NCBI GenBank assembly: GCA_037131875.1
Contig: JBAXQF010000001.1
Coordinates: forward strand, 1-58,540
Reading direction: 5' to 3'
DNA length: 58,540 nt
Source of the DNA: Verrucomicrobiota bacterium
GTDB taxonomy: Bacteria > Verrucomicrobiota > Verrucomicrobiia > Chthoniobacterales > Chthoniobacteraceae
Under the pieces are notes generated by a model. The model had not been told where the DNA came from, made no database searches, and saw only the letters and a program-made list of their open reading frames with translations. The translations under genes and the position numbers were made by a program. Shown one piece after another: positions 8,542-17,585 of the stretch (positions within the stretch are counted from its first letter, which is position 1; the number at the start of each line of letters is the position of its first letter).

Positions 8542-9510
8542 CTATTCGCCCGCGAGGCTTTCAGCGATGATGTCGTCCAACTGCGCGAGGCTTTCCACTT
8601 TGGCGAACTGGCCCCGGAGGAGCTTGGCGTGGGGCATGCCGTGGGTGTAGGCCATCAAGCGCGCCCGCAGGGAATGGAGGGCGGGGCGCTCGGCTCCACG
8701 CGCCTCGATGGCCAGCACGCAATGCCGCCGGATGAATCCCCATTGCTCCGCAAGCGGCGGGGGCGGCGGGACTTCCCCCGTGGCAAGGTAGCGCTTTATT
8801 TCGTGGAAAATCCACGGGCTGGACATGGCGCCGCGTCCAATCATGAGACCCGCGACGCCGGTCTCGCGTTTGCGCCGGGCGGCGTCGTGCGCGCTGTGGA
8901 TGTCGCCGTTGCCGATCACCGGGATGCGGACGGATTGCGCCACCGCGTCGACGACAGACCAATCCGCCTCGCCGGAGTAGCCCATGTCCTTGGTGCGGCC
9001 ATGGACGGCAAGCGCCTGGATGCCCGCGTCTTCAAGGATGCGCGCGGTGGCGAGCGCGTTGACCTCGTCGCGGCTCCAGCCGATGCGGATTTTTGCGGTG
9101 ACAGGGCAGGGGGCCGCTGCTTGGACGACCGCGCGGGCGATGCGTTCCAGCAGCGGGAGGTCTTTCAAGATCGCCGAGCCGCCGTTGCGGGCGACGACTT
9201 TGTTGACGGGGCAGCCGAAGTTGAGGTCGAGGAAATCGGGCTGCACCCAGTCGCGCACCATGCGGGCGGCCTCGCCAAGGTGCTCCGGGTCGGCCCCGAA
9301 AAGTTGGACGCCCAGCGGGCGTTCGGCGGGCGCGAAGTCGAGGTATTCCATCGTCCGCGCGTTCTTGCGAAAGATCCCCTCGGCGGAGACGAACTCCGTC
9401 ACCATCACATCCGCCCCCTGTTCCTTGCAAAGCCCGCGAAAGACCTTGTCCGTCACGCCCGCCATCGGCGCAAGGTGAAGGGGAAACTGATTTTGAAACC
9501 AAGGAAGCAT
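8542..9510 (-). CDS. dusB: tRNA dihydrouridine synthase
   Basis: LAPMAGVTD, LNFGCPV and AVHGRT motifs. The start at 9510 (MLPWFQ) is preferred because 9531-9668 is a repeat element. Confidence 0.85.
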   Translation of the reverse strand: MLPWFQNQFPLHLAPMAGVTDKVFRGLCKEQGADVMVTEFVSAEGIFRKNARTMEYLDFAPAERPLGVQLFGADPEHLGEAARMVRDWVQPDFLDLNFGCPVNKVVARNGGSAILKDLPLLERIARAVVQAAAPCPVTAKIRIGWSRDEVNALATARILEDAGIQALAVHGRTKDMGYSGEADWSVVDAVAQSVRIPVIGNGDIHSAHDAARRKRETGVAGLMIGRGAMSSPWIFHEIKRYLATGEVPPPPPLAEQWGFIRRHCVLAIEARGAERPALHSLRARLMAYTHGMPHAKLLRGQFAKVESLAQLDDIIAESLAGE

Positions 9511-9530
9511 GGAAGGAGGTGGCAGAAGGT

Positions 9531-9668
9531 TTCGCGCAAAGGAACGCAAAGGACGCAAAGAGGGAGAGAGTGGAGGATTTTGAGAATCCCCTAAAAAAGG
9601 GGGCGCTGCTTTTTGCAGTCTGTTCTCATACCATTCTTCTTTGCGTCCTTTGCGTTTCTTTGCGCGAG
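9531..9668. repeat. CGCAAAG-type inverted-repeat element (138 bp)
   Basis: The left arm ttcgcgcaaaggaacgcaaaggacgcaaagag is inverted at 9636-9668. The element fills the gap between two genes. Confidence 0.8.
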
Positions 9669-9669
9669 T

Positions 9670-10158
9670 TTATCCGAGAAGCCCCGCCACCTCCGTCTGC
9701 ACGGATTCGATCTGGTCGAGGTGGAGGTTGGGATCGGGGATGACGAAGATTTCGTCGGTCTTGGCGTGGATGTAAATGTGCAGCTTTACGCCCTCGTCTT
9801 CCTTCACTTCAACCGGCTTGAGGATGCGCTTGCGCTCCAGCATGAGGGCCAGGATGAAGCGGACGTTGGCGTGTTCCTCGCCCGGTTCGTTCATGTATTT
9901 GCGCAAGAGCGTTTCGGCGGTTTGCTTGCCGAGAGGCTCGGGCGGAGGGGGGGGAGGGGTTTCAAATTTCGTCCGCCAGGAGGAGTAGGGCTGCTGGGTC
10001 GGGTCGAGTTGGCTCAAGGCCGCTTCGCAGAGATCCTCGCGCCGGAAACCATGGCGATCCCGGAAGAGGAGTGTGTGAAAATATTCGCCGTCGGCAAACT
10101 CGTGCCCCGTGGCGGTGCAGGCGTGGCTGCGTCCTTTAATTTCCCATTCGTTGGCCAT
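9670..10158 (-). CDS. Conserved hypothetical protein, co-oriented 3 nt downstream of the lptF/G-family gene
   Basis: Clean 162 aa ORF with a central poly-Pro (PPPPPPEP). I recognise no domain. Confidence 0.6.
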   Translation of the reverse strand: MANEWEIKGRSHACTATGHEFADGEYFHTLLFRDRHGFRREDLCEAALSQLDPTQQPYSSWRTKFETPPPPPPEPLGKQTAETLLRKYMNEPGEEHANVRFILALMLERKRILKPVEVKEDEGVKLHIYIHAKTDEIFVIPDPNLHLDQIESVQTEVAGLLG

Positions 10159-10160
10159 GA

Positions 10161-11324
10161 TTAGCGTTTGGGTTTGGAGCTGAAGAGGGTGGCAAGTTTC
10201 GGGAATTCCCGGTTGGTTCCCTTAAAATAAAGCAGGAAGAGGCCGATGCAGCTAAAAATAACGATGGGCGACCACGCAGCGGTGATCGCCGAAACGCGGC
10301 TGCCTTTGCCGATGGCGAGCATGAGGAAGGTGAAGAAGGTCATCCCGGCGAACAGAAAGATCGCTCCGGCGATGCCCGAGAGCACGCCCCGTCGGGAAAA
10401 GACAATCGCCAGCGGGCCGGTGAAAAGCACCACCACGAGGCACTGGAATGGCAACGCCCAGCGGTATTGGAAGTGCGTGCGGTAAGGGGCGAGTTGGGCG
10501 GGCGGGAAATCGGCGTTGTTTTGGAAATACTCGCGCAATTCCGGCACGGAGAGCCCCTGGGGATCGAGGTTGGTGCTGGCGATGCGCCAAGGGGTTTCGC
10601 TCCACCCGTTTATCTCCAGAAGGGGCATTCCCGTGGATGACTTGTTCGGCTGGAGAGTCCCGTCAGGGGAGAACTGCACGGTCTTCGCGTGCTCGAAAAA
10701 CCACGTTTTGGTTTCCGGCCGATAGCGGGCGTTTTCGGCATACCATTTGGCGGTGATGTTGCCGGCTTCGTTGAACTGGGTGATATCGACTTCTTGCAGG
10801 ATGGAATCCCCATTGTCCACCTTGGCCGGCATTTTGGTGACATACCAGGCGCGCCGGTCCGCGCGGTTGACGAAAACCTGGCCCTCAAGGAACTTTCGGC
10901 GATCCTTCTTTTTGCTGATCCCGTTTTTGAGTTCCTTTTTGATGGAGTCGGAATGGGGGGCGAGGCTGTAGTTGAGGGCGAGGCAAACGCCGGTGAGCAG
11001 GAGGCCCGCGCCAATGAGCGGGCGCAGCACCCGCACAAGGCTCTGGCCCGCCGTGAGCATGGCGATGATCTCGTTGGAGCGGGACATTTTACTCAGGCAA
11101 AAGAGAAGCGCCAGCAGGAGCCCCACCGGCAGGCAGATCATCATGAACTGCGGCACCTGGGTCAGATAATAGTAAACGATCCACTTGAAGGAGACGTGAG
11201 CATCCAGAAAGTCCGAGATGTTGCCCTGGAGGTCGAATACGAGCCAAATCGAGAGGAACCCGAAGAAGCAAAGCAAGAACGGGACAAGGAAGCTGCGGAG
11301 AATGTAACGGTCCAAAAGGATCAT
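10161..11324 (-). CDS. LptF/LptG (YjgP/YjgQ) family LPS export permease
   Basis: N-terminus ILDRYILRSFLVPFLLCFFGF, 3+3 hydrophobic helices flanking a periplasmic beta-jellyroll-sized insert, about 390 aa. Confidence 0.85.
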   Translation of the reverse strand: MILLDRYILRSFLVPFLLCFFGFLSIWLVFDLQGNISDFLDAHVSFKWIVYYYLTQVPQFMMICLPVGLLLALLFCLSKMSRSNEIIAMLTAGQSLVRVLRPLIGAGLLLTGVCLALNYSLAPHSDSIKKELKNGISKKKDRRKFLEGQVFVNRADRRAWYVTKMPAKVDNGDSILQEVDITQFNEAGNITAKWYAENARYRPETKTWFFEHAKTVQFSPDGTLQPNKSSTGMPLLEINGWSETPWRIASTNLDPQGLSVPELREYFQNNADFPPAQLAPYRTHFQYRWALPFQCLVVVLFTGPLAIVFSRRGVLSGIAGAIFLFAGMTFFTFLMLAIGKGSRVSAITAAWSPIVIFSCIGLFLLYFKGTNREFPKLATLFSSKPKR

Positions 11325-11447
11325 GCGTGGGCACTTACTAGAGCATTCGCGAGAGAATTTCCATTAAATCCGTGCAGACGGGCAAAGATGCCTTCGCCAA
11401 GAACGCGATTGATTTGCGGCACCCAGTGCCGATATGGTGCCCGGATT

Positions 11448-11774
11448 ATGAGCAAACCCGCCTGTCCGCAATGTGAGATGAACGATGTTTTGGAACACGC
11501 GGACCGCTGGGAATGTATGACCTGCGGTCACGAGTGGTCGCGCGAGCCGGAAGCAGCAGAAGCCCGCGTCGTCAAGGACGCCTACGGCACAGTGCTTGCC
11601 GACGGGGATTCGGTGACGCTGATCAAAGATTTGAAGTTGAAGGGCTCCTCCCAAGTCATCAAAGGCGGGACGAAGGCCAAAAGCATCCGGTTGGTGGACG
11701 GGGATCACGAAATCTCCTGCAAGATCGACGGAAGCGCCATTGGCCTCAAAGCGTGCTTCGTGAAGAAGGCGTAA
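11448..11774 (+). CDS. yjdM: Zinc-ribbon protein YjdM/PhnA
   Basis: CPQC...CMTC zinc ribbon, then GDSVTLIKDLKLKGSSQVIKGGTKAKSIRLVDGDHEI, typical of PhnA/YjdM. Confidence 0.85.
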   Translation: MSKPACPQCEMNDVLEHADRWECMTCGHEWSREPEAAEARVVKDAYGTVLADGDSVTLIKDLKLKGSSQVIKGGTKAKSIRLVDGDHEISCKIDGSAIGLKACFVKKA

Positions 11775-11786
11775 GGCAGGGAATGT

Positions 11787-12253
11787 CTCGCGCAAAGGAA
11801 CGCAAAGGACGCAAAGATCGGAGGTATGAAGGAAAACGAGATTGCCAAAGCGGTGGTGCATGCGGCTCTTGACCTGCATAAAGAGTTGGGGCCGGGCTTG
11901 CTTGAATCCGTTTACGAAGTGCTTTTGGCGGATGCCTTGCGCCAGCTTGGCTTTGAAGTGGTGCGGCAGCATCCCATCCCCATTTGCTTCCGTGGCAAGC
12001 GTTTTGACGAGGGTTTCCGGGCAGATTTGATCGTGGAGGGACTCGTGCTTATCGAATTGAAATCCGTCGAGGCTTTGAGCCGTGTCTACAAAAAACAAGT
12101 TCTTACCTATCTGCGGCTCACCGGGCTGAAACTCGGTTTGCTGATCAACTTCGGCGACGATCATCTCAAGGGAAACATTGAGCGCCTCGTCAACGGCCTT
12201 GAGGAATCCCCCTTATAGTCTTCCTTTGCGTCCTTTGCGCCTCTTTGCGCGAG
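11787..12253. mobile_element. GxxExxY gene bracketed by about 30-bp inverted CGCAAAG-type arms (cassette-like unit)
   Basis: Arm 11787-11816 (tctcgcgcaaaggaacgcaaaggacgcaaag) is inverted at 12223-12253 (cctttgcgtcctttgcgcctctttgcgcgag). No transposase is present. Confidence 0.4.
11826..12218 (+). CDS. GxxExxY protein (PD-(D/E)XK nuclease-like fold family)
   Basis: Literal motif G-LL-E-SV-Y in LGPGLLESVYE, and ADLIVEGLVLIELK, typical of this roughly 125 aa family. Confidence 0.85.
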   Translation: MKENEIAKAVVHAALDLHKELGPGLLESVYEVLLADALRQLGFEVVRQHPIPICFRGKRFDEGFRADLIVEGLVLIELKSVEALSRVYKKQVLTYLRLTGLKLGLLINFGDDHLKGNIERLVNGLEESPL

Positions 12254-12267
12254 TCATTAAAGAGATT

Positions 12268-12479
12268 TCGCGCAAAGGACGCAAAGTTGGTCGTGGTTTG
12301 GCCGTTGTCAGCACGTCACATCATCCGCAAGCATCGAACCTTTATCCGCCACTAGGCAGTTGAGAAAACCGGATGAAGTAGATGACCGCAATAGCGAGAA
12401 GCACAACCTGAATCCAAAGCATCACCACGTCCTCTTGATCCCCTCTTATCTTTGCGCCCTTTGCGTTCCTTTGCGCGAG
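12268..12479. repeat. CGCAAAG-type inverted-repeat element containing a small ORF
   Basis: Arm 12268-12286 is inverted at 12449-12479. Confidence 0.7.
12342..12422 (-). CDS. Candidate 26-aa hydrophobic peptide MLWIQVVLLAIAVIYFIRFSQLPSGG
   Basis: My own translation; the ORF is below the ORF-track cutoff. AAGAGGA lies 7 nt upstream of the ATG. It has a single predicted TM helix. Confidence 0.25.
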   Translation of the reverse strand: MLWIQVVLLAIAVIYFIRFSQLPSGG

Positions 12480-12493
12480 TTATTCCGGAAATA

Positions 12494-12573
12494 TTCGCGC
12501 AAAGAGGCGCAAAGGACGCAAAGGGGATGGAAGGATGGGTATAGGGTCTTCCTTCCTTTACTCTTTGCGCGAA
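12494..12573. repeat. CGCAAAG-type hairpin repeat with a shortened right arm
   Basis: ttcgcgcaaagaggcgcaaaggacgcaaagg (12494-12524) pairs with ctctttgcgcgaa (12561-12573). Confidence 0.6.
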
Positions 12574-12628
12574 ATTTCACCTGCGCTCTTGATGGCCGGG
12601 CCAATGGGGGGCATTTTAGCGGCTTCCC

Positions 12629-14617
12629 ATGATTGCATTTCGCGACGAGATCGATGACGAGTTTGTGGAGCGGGTTCGGCAGATTTTTTCGCCGGACGGC
12701 CTCCTCGCCTCCGCGCGCAACTTCGAATACCGCCCCGAGCAGCAGCAGATGGCGGTCGCTGTGGCGAAGGCGCTCTCGGAGGAACGCCACCTCGTGGTGG
12801 AAGCCGGGACGGGCGTCGGCAAGTCCCTGGCGTACCTGGTTCCCGCGATCCTCTTCGCGCTGGCGAAGAAAAAGAAGGCGGTGATCTCCACCTACACCAT
12901 CAACCTTCAGGAACAGTTGGTCTACAAGGACATCCCGATCCTCCAAAAAGTCCTCCCGGTGGAATTTGAGGTGGCGCTTTGGAAAGGCCGCCAGAATTAC
13001 CTCTGCCCGCGCCGCCTGGAGCGCGCGATGCAAAATTCCGGCGACCTTTTTACCTCGCCCGAGCAGGAGGAACTCAAGCGCATTTGGGAGTGGTCCCAGA
13101 CGACGAGAGACGGTTCGCTGGCGGATTTCGCCGTGGAGCCCGACCCCGCCGTTTGGGCGCAGGTGTGCAGCGAGCAGCATCTTTGCACCAATAAAAGCTG
13201 CGGCGGGAAGGACTCGCATTGCTTTTACCAGCAGGCGCGCAAGCGGCTGGTTGGCGCGGATGTGGTGGTGATGAATCACACGCTCTTTTTTCTCAACGCC
13301 GGTTCAGCGGACGAGGCGGAGGAACAGGACGGGTACATTTTCTCCAACGACTTCGTGATCTTCGACGAGGCGCACACGGTGGAGGGCGTTGCGGCCAAGC
13401 AGATCGGGATGAATATCTCGCAGTTCGGCCTCAAATACTCACTCCAGCGGCTCTACAACGAGCGGACAAAGAAAGGGTTGTTTACCGCGCTGCGGAATCC
13501 CGACGGCGTGCGCGAAGTGACGGCGCTGCTGGCGGAAGTGGACGCCTTTTTCGACGCCGTATCGGAAAAAGCGCCGTTCAATCCCAAGGGGCGTGAGGTG
13601 CGCATCCGCCAGCCCGATCTCGTGCCGGATACCATCACCGCAAAGCTCGCGGCGCTCCAGGCATTGATCGTCACCGTGCTCAAAGGCGTCGAGGACGAGA
13701 CGACGAAGGCGGAGCTTCAAGAGATGGGCCGCCGCGTGCGGGACGCCCGGCTGGGCATCGCGACGTTCCTGAGTCAGAGCGCGGAGGAGCATGTCTATTG
13801 GGTGGAAAAGAGCGGCAAACAGGGGCAATTCTGCGCGCTCAACGCGGCGCCGGTGGACATCGCGGCGCATTTGCGGGCCATGCTTTTCAAGGACGCGCAC
13901 ACGTGCGTAATGACCAGCGCCACGCTCTCGGTGGGGAGCGCGGAGATGCACTATTTCCGCAACCGCGTGGGCGCGGAGGAGGTGGAGGCGGTGCAAGTGG
14001 GCAGCCCATTCGACTATGAGCGGCAGATGCGCCTCTACGTGACGCGCAAGATGCCCGATCCGCGCGACGCCGGATACGAGGAGGCGCTTGCCGCCCAGGT
14101 GGAGCATTTCGTGGAGATGAGCCAGGGCCGCGCGTTCGTCCTCTTCACCTCCTACAAGACCATGCAGGCGATGGCCGAGCGGTTGACAAAGCCGTTCGTC
14201 AAACGCGGCTGGAACCTTTTAATGCAAGGGCAGGGGGTGTCGCGCCACCGGTTGGTGGAGGATTTCAAAAAAGAGGGCGAACCGAACGTCCTCTTCGGCA
14301 CGGACAGCTTCTGGAGCGGCGTGGATGTGCCGGGCGAGGCGCTCTCCAATGTGATCATCACGCGGTTGCCGTTCGCCGTGCCTGATCACCCGCTCATCGA
14401 GGCGCGGCTGGAAGTAATCCAGGCGCAGGGGGGCGATCCGTTTGCGGAATACTCGCTGCCCGAGGCGATCCTCAAGCTGCGGCAGGGCGTCGGGCGGCTC
14501 ATCCGCACCAAGGGGGACAAGGGGATCGTGGTGATCCTTGATCCCCGCATCCTGACCAAGGGCTACGGGAGCGCGTTTTTGAAGGCGCTCCCCAAGTGCC
14601 CTGTGGAGGTGGTGTAG
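12629..14617 (+). CDS. dinG: DinG/XPD-family ATP-dependent DNA helicase (Fe-S type)
   Basis: Walker A AGTGVGKS, FDEAH box, Cys cluster (NYLCP...VCSEQHLCTNKSCGGKDSHC), C-terminal QGVGRLIR. Confidence 0.85.
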   Translation: MIAFRDEIDDEFVERVRQIFSPDGLLASARNFEYRPEQQQMAVAVAKALSEERHLVVEAGTGVGKSLAYLVPAILFALAKKKKAVISTYTINLQEQLVYKDIPILQKVLPVEFEVALWKGRQNYLCPRRLERAMQNSGDLFTSPEQEELKRIWEWSQTTRDGSLADFAVEPDPAVWAQVCSEQHLCTNKSCGGKDSHCFYQQARKRLVGADVVVMNHTLFFLNAGSADEAEEQDGYIFSNDFVIFDEAHTVEGVAAKQIGMNISQFGLKYSLQRLYNERTKKGLFTALRNPDGVREVTALLAEVDAFFDAVSEKAPFNPKGREVRIRQPDLVPDTITAKLAALQALIVTVLKGVEDETTKAELQEMGRRVRDARLGIATFLSQSAEEHVYWVEKSGKQGQFCALNAAPVDIAAHLRAMLFKDAHTCVMTSATLSVGSAEMHYFRNRVGAEEVEAVQVGSPFDYERQMRLYVTRKMPDPRDAGYEEALAAQVEHFVEMSQGRAFVLFTSYKTMQAMAERLTKPFVKRGWNLLMQGQGVSRHRLVEDFKKEGEPNVLFGTDSFWSGVDVPGEALSNVIITRLPFAVPDHPLIEARLEVIQAQGGDPFAEYSLPEAILKLRQGVGRLIRTKGDKGIVVILDPRILTKGYGSAFLKALPKCPVEVV

Positions 14618-14639
14618 CTGCGAACTTCAGCGAGGGGCG

Positions 14640-15281
14640 CTACGGTTTTACGACCGGGGCTCCCTTGCGAATCCAGCCGAGCGGCTTGCCCAGCGGCAGC
14701 AGGGTACGGCCGAAATAGCTGTTGAGGAATACGGCTCCTGCAGCGTAGAAGCCGAGCAGGGAGATGAGAAGCTCCGACCACGCGGCCAGCGGGTTGAAGA
14801 CCTCGGGTTTGACGCCGAGAATTGCGAGTCCTAGCGAAGGAAGCAGGATGTTGATGAGCACCAGAATGGCGGCGAAGACTTTGTTGGCTTCCAAGGATGC
14901 AACGAGGATGAATGCCGAGAAAATGGCGTAGCCGAAACAGGCAAAGGCGAACTGCTTGGGATCGGCATCTGCAGCCGGCCCAAACCAGCCGAGTTTAATG
15001 GCCCATGTCATTGCAACCGCCACCCAAAAGAGGCCATAAACGCCGAGGACGATGGCGCCAAAATAGTTGTTCTTTTTGAAGTCGATGGTGGAGGCCCATA
15101 TTTGGGCTATGGAGCCGAGGAAGAGCGCCCAAGGGATCAAGTTGGAGACGCCGCTGGTCCAGTGCATTTTGGCAGAGGCAGCGACAAAAGTCACCATGGC
15201 AAGGCCGAACACGCCGAGGGCGGTGGGGTCGGACAAAACGATCTTGGTTTCAGTAACAGGTTGGGTCGGTTGTTGGTGCAT
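14640..15281 (-). CDS. satP: GPR1/FUN34/YaaH-family acetate/succinate transporter
   Basis: Six hydrophobic helices, DPTALGVFGL (the NPAPLGL-like motif), C-terminal FGRTLLPLG as in SatP. Confidence 0.8.
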   Translation of the reverse strand: MHQQPTQPVTETKIVLSDPTALGVFGLAMVTFVAASAKMHWTSGVSNLIPWALFLGSIAQIWASTIDFKKNNYFGAIVLGVYGLFWVAVAMTWAIKLGWFGPAADADPKQFAFACFGYAIFSAFILVASLEANKVFAAILVLINILLPSLGLAILGVKPEVFNPLAAWSELLISLLGFYAAGAVFLNSYFGRTLLPLGKPLGWIRKGAPVVKP

Positions 15282-15404
15282 GGGGCGCGCATCATAAAAG
15301 AAAGGTGGGGAAGGTAGGCAAGCCTGTTATCCGAAATGCATCGGGCTTTCAGGATTGAAACCCGGGGCAGAACGCTCTATTCATGATGGACTTCCCTTTT
15401 TCTC

Positions 15405-16175
15405 ATGGCCTGCACACCCAAACGCATTGTTCTGAAGTTCGGCACCGGCATTCTCACCCAACCGGAGGCGAACACGCTTGACCGCGGGCAGATCGCGCGG
15501 CTTTCCGCCGAGGTCGCCGCCATCGTTCACGCCGGGCATGAGTGCCTGCTGGTTTCCAGCGGCGCGGTGGGTGCGGGGCTGATGACGCTTGGGCTTACGG
15601 AACGTCCCGGCGACTTGGCGGGCATCCAGGCATGCGCCGCCGTGGGGCAGTCCAAGCTCATGAATTTGTATGAGACGGCGTTCGCCACGCACGGGTTGCA
15701 CGTGGCGCAACTGCTCCTCACCTATGGCGATCTCGACAGCCGCAAGAGCTACGCCAACGCCGGCAATACAGTGAACCGCCTCCTGAGCGAGGGGAACGTG
15801 GTGCCCATCATCAACGAAAACGACTCCGTGGCGGTGGAGGAACTCCGCTTTGGCGACAACGACCGGCTCTCCGCCGAGGTGGCCATGCTGGCGGGCGCGG
15901 ATTTGCTCCTCCTCTTAACGACCGCCGACGGCCTGCTCAACGGCGGCGAGGTGATCCGCGAAGTGCGCGATATTGATGCCGTGATGGAATATGTCGAGCC
16001 GACCAAAGGCAAGCTGAGCGTCGGCGGCATGGCCTCCAAGCTCCTGGCCGTCAAGATGGCCGTGGACGCGGGCATCCCCACTGTGATCGCCAACGGGCGC
16101 ACCCCCGGTTTGGTCGCCAGGATCCTCGCGGGCGAATCCGTGGGGACGCGGTTTTTGGTGAAAGCCACCGCCTAG
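15405..16175 (+). CDS. proB: Glutamate 5-kinase (short form without PUA domain)
   Basis: VLKFGTGILT, SSGAVGAG and INENDSVAVEELRFGDND. Adjacent to proA. Confidence 0.9.
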   Translation: MACTPKRIVLKFGTGILTQPEANTLDRGQIARLSAEVAAIVHAGHECLLVSSGAVGAGLMTLGLTERPGDLAGIQACAAVGQSKLMNLYETAFATHGLHVAQLLLTYGDLDSRKSYANAGNTVNRLLSEGNVVPIINENDSVAVEELRFGDNDRLSAEVAMLAGADLLLLLTTADGLLNGGEVIREVRDIDAVMEYVEPTKGKLSVGGMASKLLAVKMAVDAGIPTVIANGRTPGLVARILAGESVGTRFLVKATA

Positions 16176-16220
16176 CTGATCTCTATAGTCTATCATCTCA
16201 CCCCTCTAGCGTCTTTCCTT

Positions 16221-17480
16221 ATGGATCTCAAAGAAACCATTTACGACCTCGGCAAACGCGCCCGCGCGGCTTCCAAGCAGCTTGCGCAGCTCTCCAGCGA
16301 ACAAAAAAACGCCGGGTTGCTGGCGATGGCGGACGAACTGCTCGCCTCGCAGGCGGAACTGCTTGCCGCCAACGCCGGGGACGTGGAACGCGCCAAGGCG
16401 GACGGCCTCTCCAGCGCGATGATCGACCGCCTGACGCTCACTCCGGCGCGCATCGAAGGAATGGCCGAGGGCATCCGCACCGTCGCCGCTTTGCCCGACC
16501 CGGTGGGGCAGAATATCTCCCAGTGGACGCGCCCCAACGGCATCGTGATTTCCAAAGTGCGCGTGCCCATCGGTGTCGTGGGGATCATTTTTGAATCGCG
16601 GCCCAACGTCACCAGCGACGCCGCCGTGCTCTGTACCAAGACCGGCAACGCGACGATCCTGCGCGGCGGGCGCGAAGCCATTGACTCCAACCTCGCGATT
16701 GCCGCCGCCCTCGCGCGCGGCGCACAACGCGCCGGGCTGCCCGCAGACGCCATCCTGCTCGTGCCGACGACCGACCGCGAAGCCGTCAAGCTGATGGCCG
16801 GGATGGATCAATACATCGACATGATTGTGCCGCGCGGCGGCCACACGCTCATCGAGGCGGTGGTGGCGGCGGCGCGGATGCCCGTCATCAAGCATTACAA
16901 CGGCATCTGCGCGGTCTATGTGGACAAGGACGCGGACTTGGAGATGGCCCAAGCGATCATCCTCAACGCCAAAACCCAGCGGCCCGGTGTCTGCAACGCC
17001 ATTGAGACGATCCTCGTCCACCGGGATGTGGCCGAGGCGTTTTTCAAGACCGGCGGCCAGGCGCTGCTGGACAAGGGGGTGCAAATCCGGGGTGACGCGC
17101 GCGTGTGCGCCCTTCTGGGCGGCAAAGCCGTGCCCGCCACAGAGGAAGACTGGCGGACAGAGTTTCTCGACCTGATCCTGGCGGCTGGCGTGGTGGATTC
17201 GGTGGACGAAGCCATCGCGCACATCGAGAGCCACGGCTCGCACCATAGCGACTGCATCGTAACCGCCAACGAAGCGACCGCCGAGGCGTTCCTCAACCAG
17301 ATCGATTCGGCCACCGTCTATTGGAACGCCAGCACGCGGTTCACCGATGGCGGGGAGTTCGGATTTGGCGCGGAAATCGGCATCAGCACCGACAAACTCC
17401 ACGCACGCGGGCCGATGGCACTGGAAGAGTTGACTACGTATAAATACCAAGTGCGAGGAACGGGGCAGGTGCGAAAATAA
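16221..17480 (+). CDS. proA: Glutamate-5-semialdehyde dehydrogenase
   Basis: GVCNAIETILVH catalytic Cys context and STRFTDGGEFGFGAEIGISTDKLHARGPM. Confidence 0.92.
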   Translation: MDLKETIYDLGKRARAASKQLAQLSSEQKNAGLLAMADELLASQAELLAANAGDVERAKADGLSSAMIDRLTLTPARIEGMAEGIRTVAALPDPVGQNISQWTRPNGIVISKVRVPIGVVGIIFESRPNVTSDAAVLCTKTGNATILRGGREAIDSNLAIAAALARGAQRAGLPADAILLVPTTDREAVKLMAGMDQYIDMIVPRGGHTLIEAVVAAARMPVIKHYNGICAVYVDKDADLEMAQAIILNAKTQRPGVCNAIETILVHRDVAEAFFKTGGQALLDKGVQIRGDARVCALLGGKAVPATEEDWRTEFLDLILAAGVVDSVDEAIAHIESHGSHHSDCIVTANEATAEAFLNQIDSATVYWNASTRFTDGGEFGFGAEIGISTDKLHARGPMALEELTTYKYQVRGTGQVRK

Positions 17481-17585
17481 GCCTTTCGCCCCAGATCGAC
17501 CCTTTTTGAGTATTTCTGATCGACAGTCGGGGTTGGAAAATACTATATTTTACGTATTCCTTAGGGTTTTTCCCCACCTCTTTCT

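Noticed and set aside
8536-9594. 352-aa plus-strand ORF
   Set aside because: It is antisense to dusB, and its ends run into repeat sequences.
11787-12573. Possible CRISPR array because of recurring roughly 30-bp units
   Set aside because: The units alternate in orientation as inverted pairs, spacing is irregular (14 to about 400 bp), and no cas genes are present. They are hairpin/MITE-type repeats, not CRISPR.
11364-13279. Minus-strand ORFs 11364-12164 and 12446-13279, and plus-strand ORF 12360-12632
   Set aside because: They overlap yjdM, the GxxExxY gene and dinG, or are translations of CGCAAAG repeats (LCVLCASLRE-type strings).
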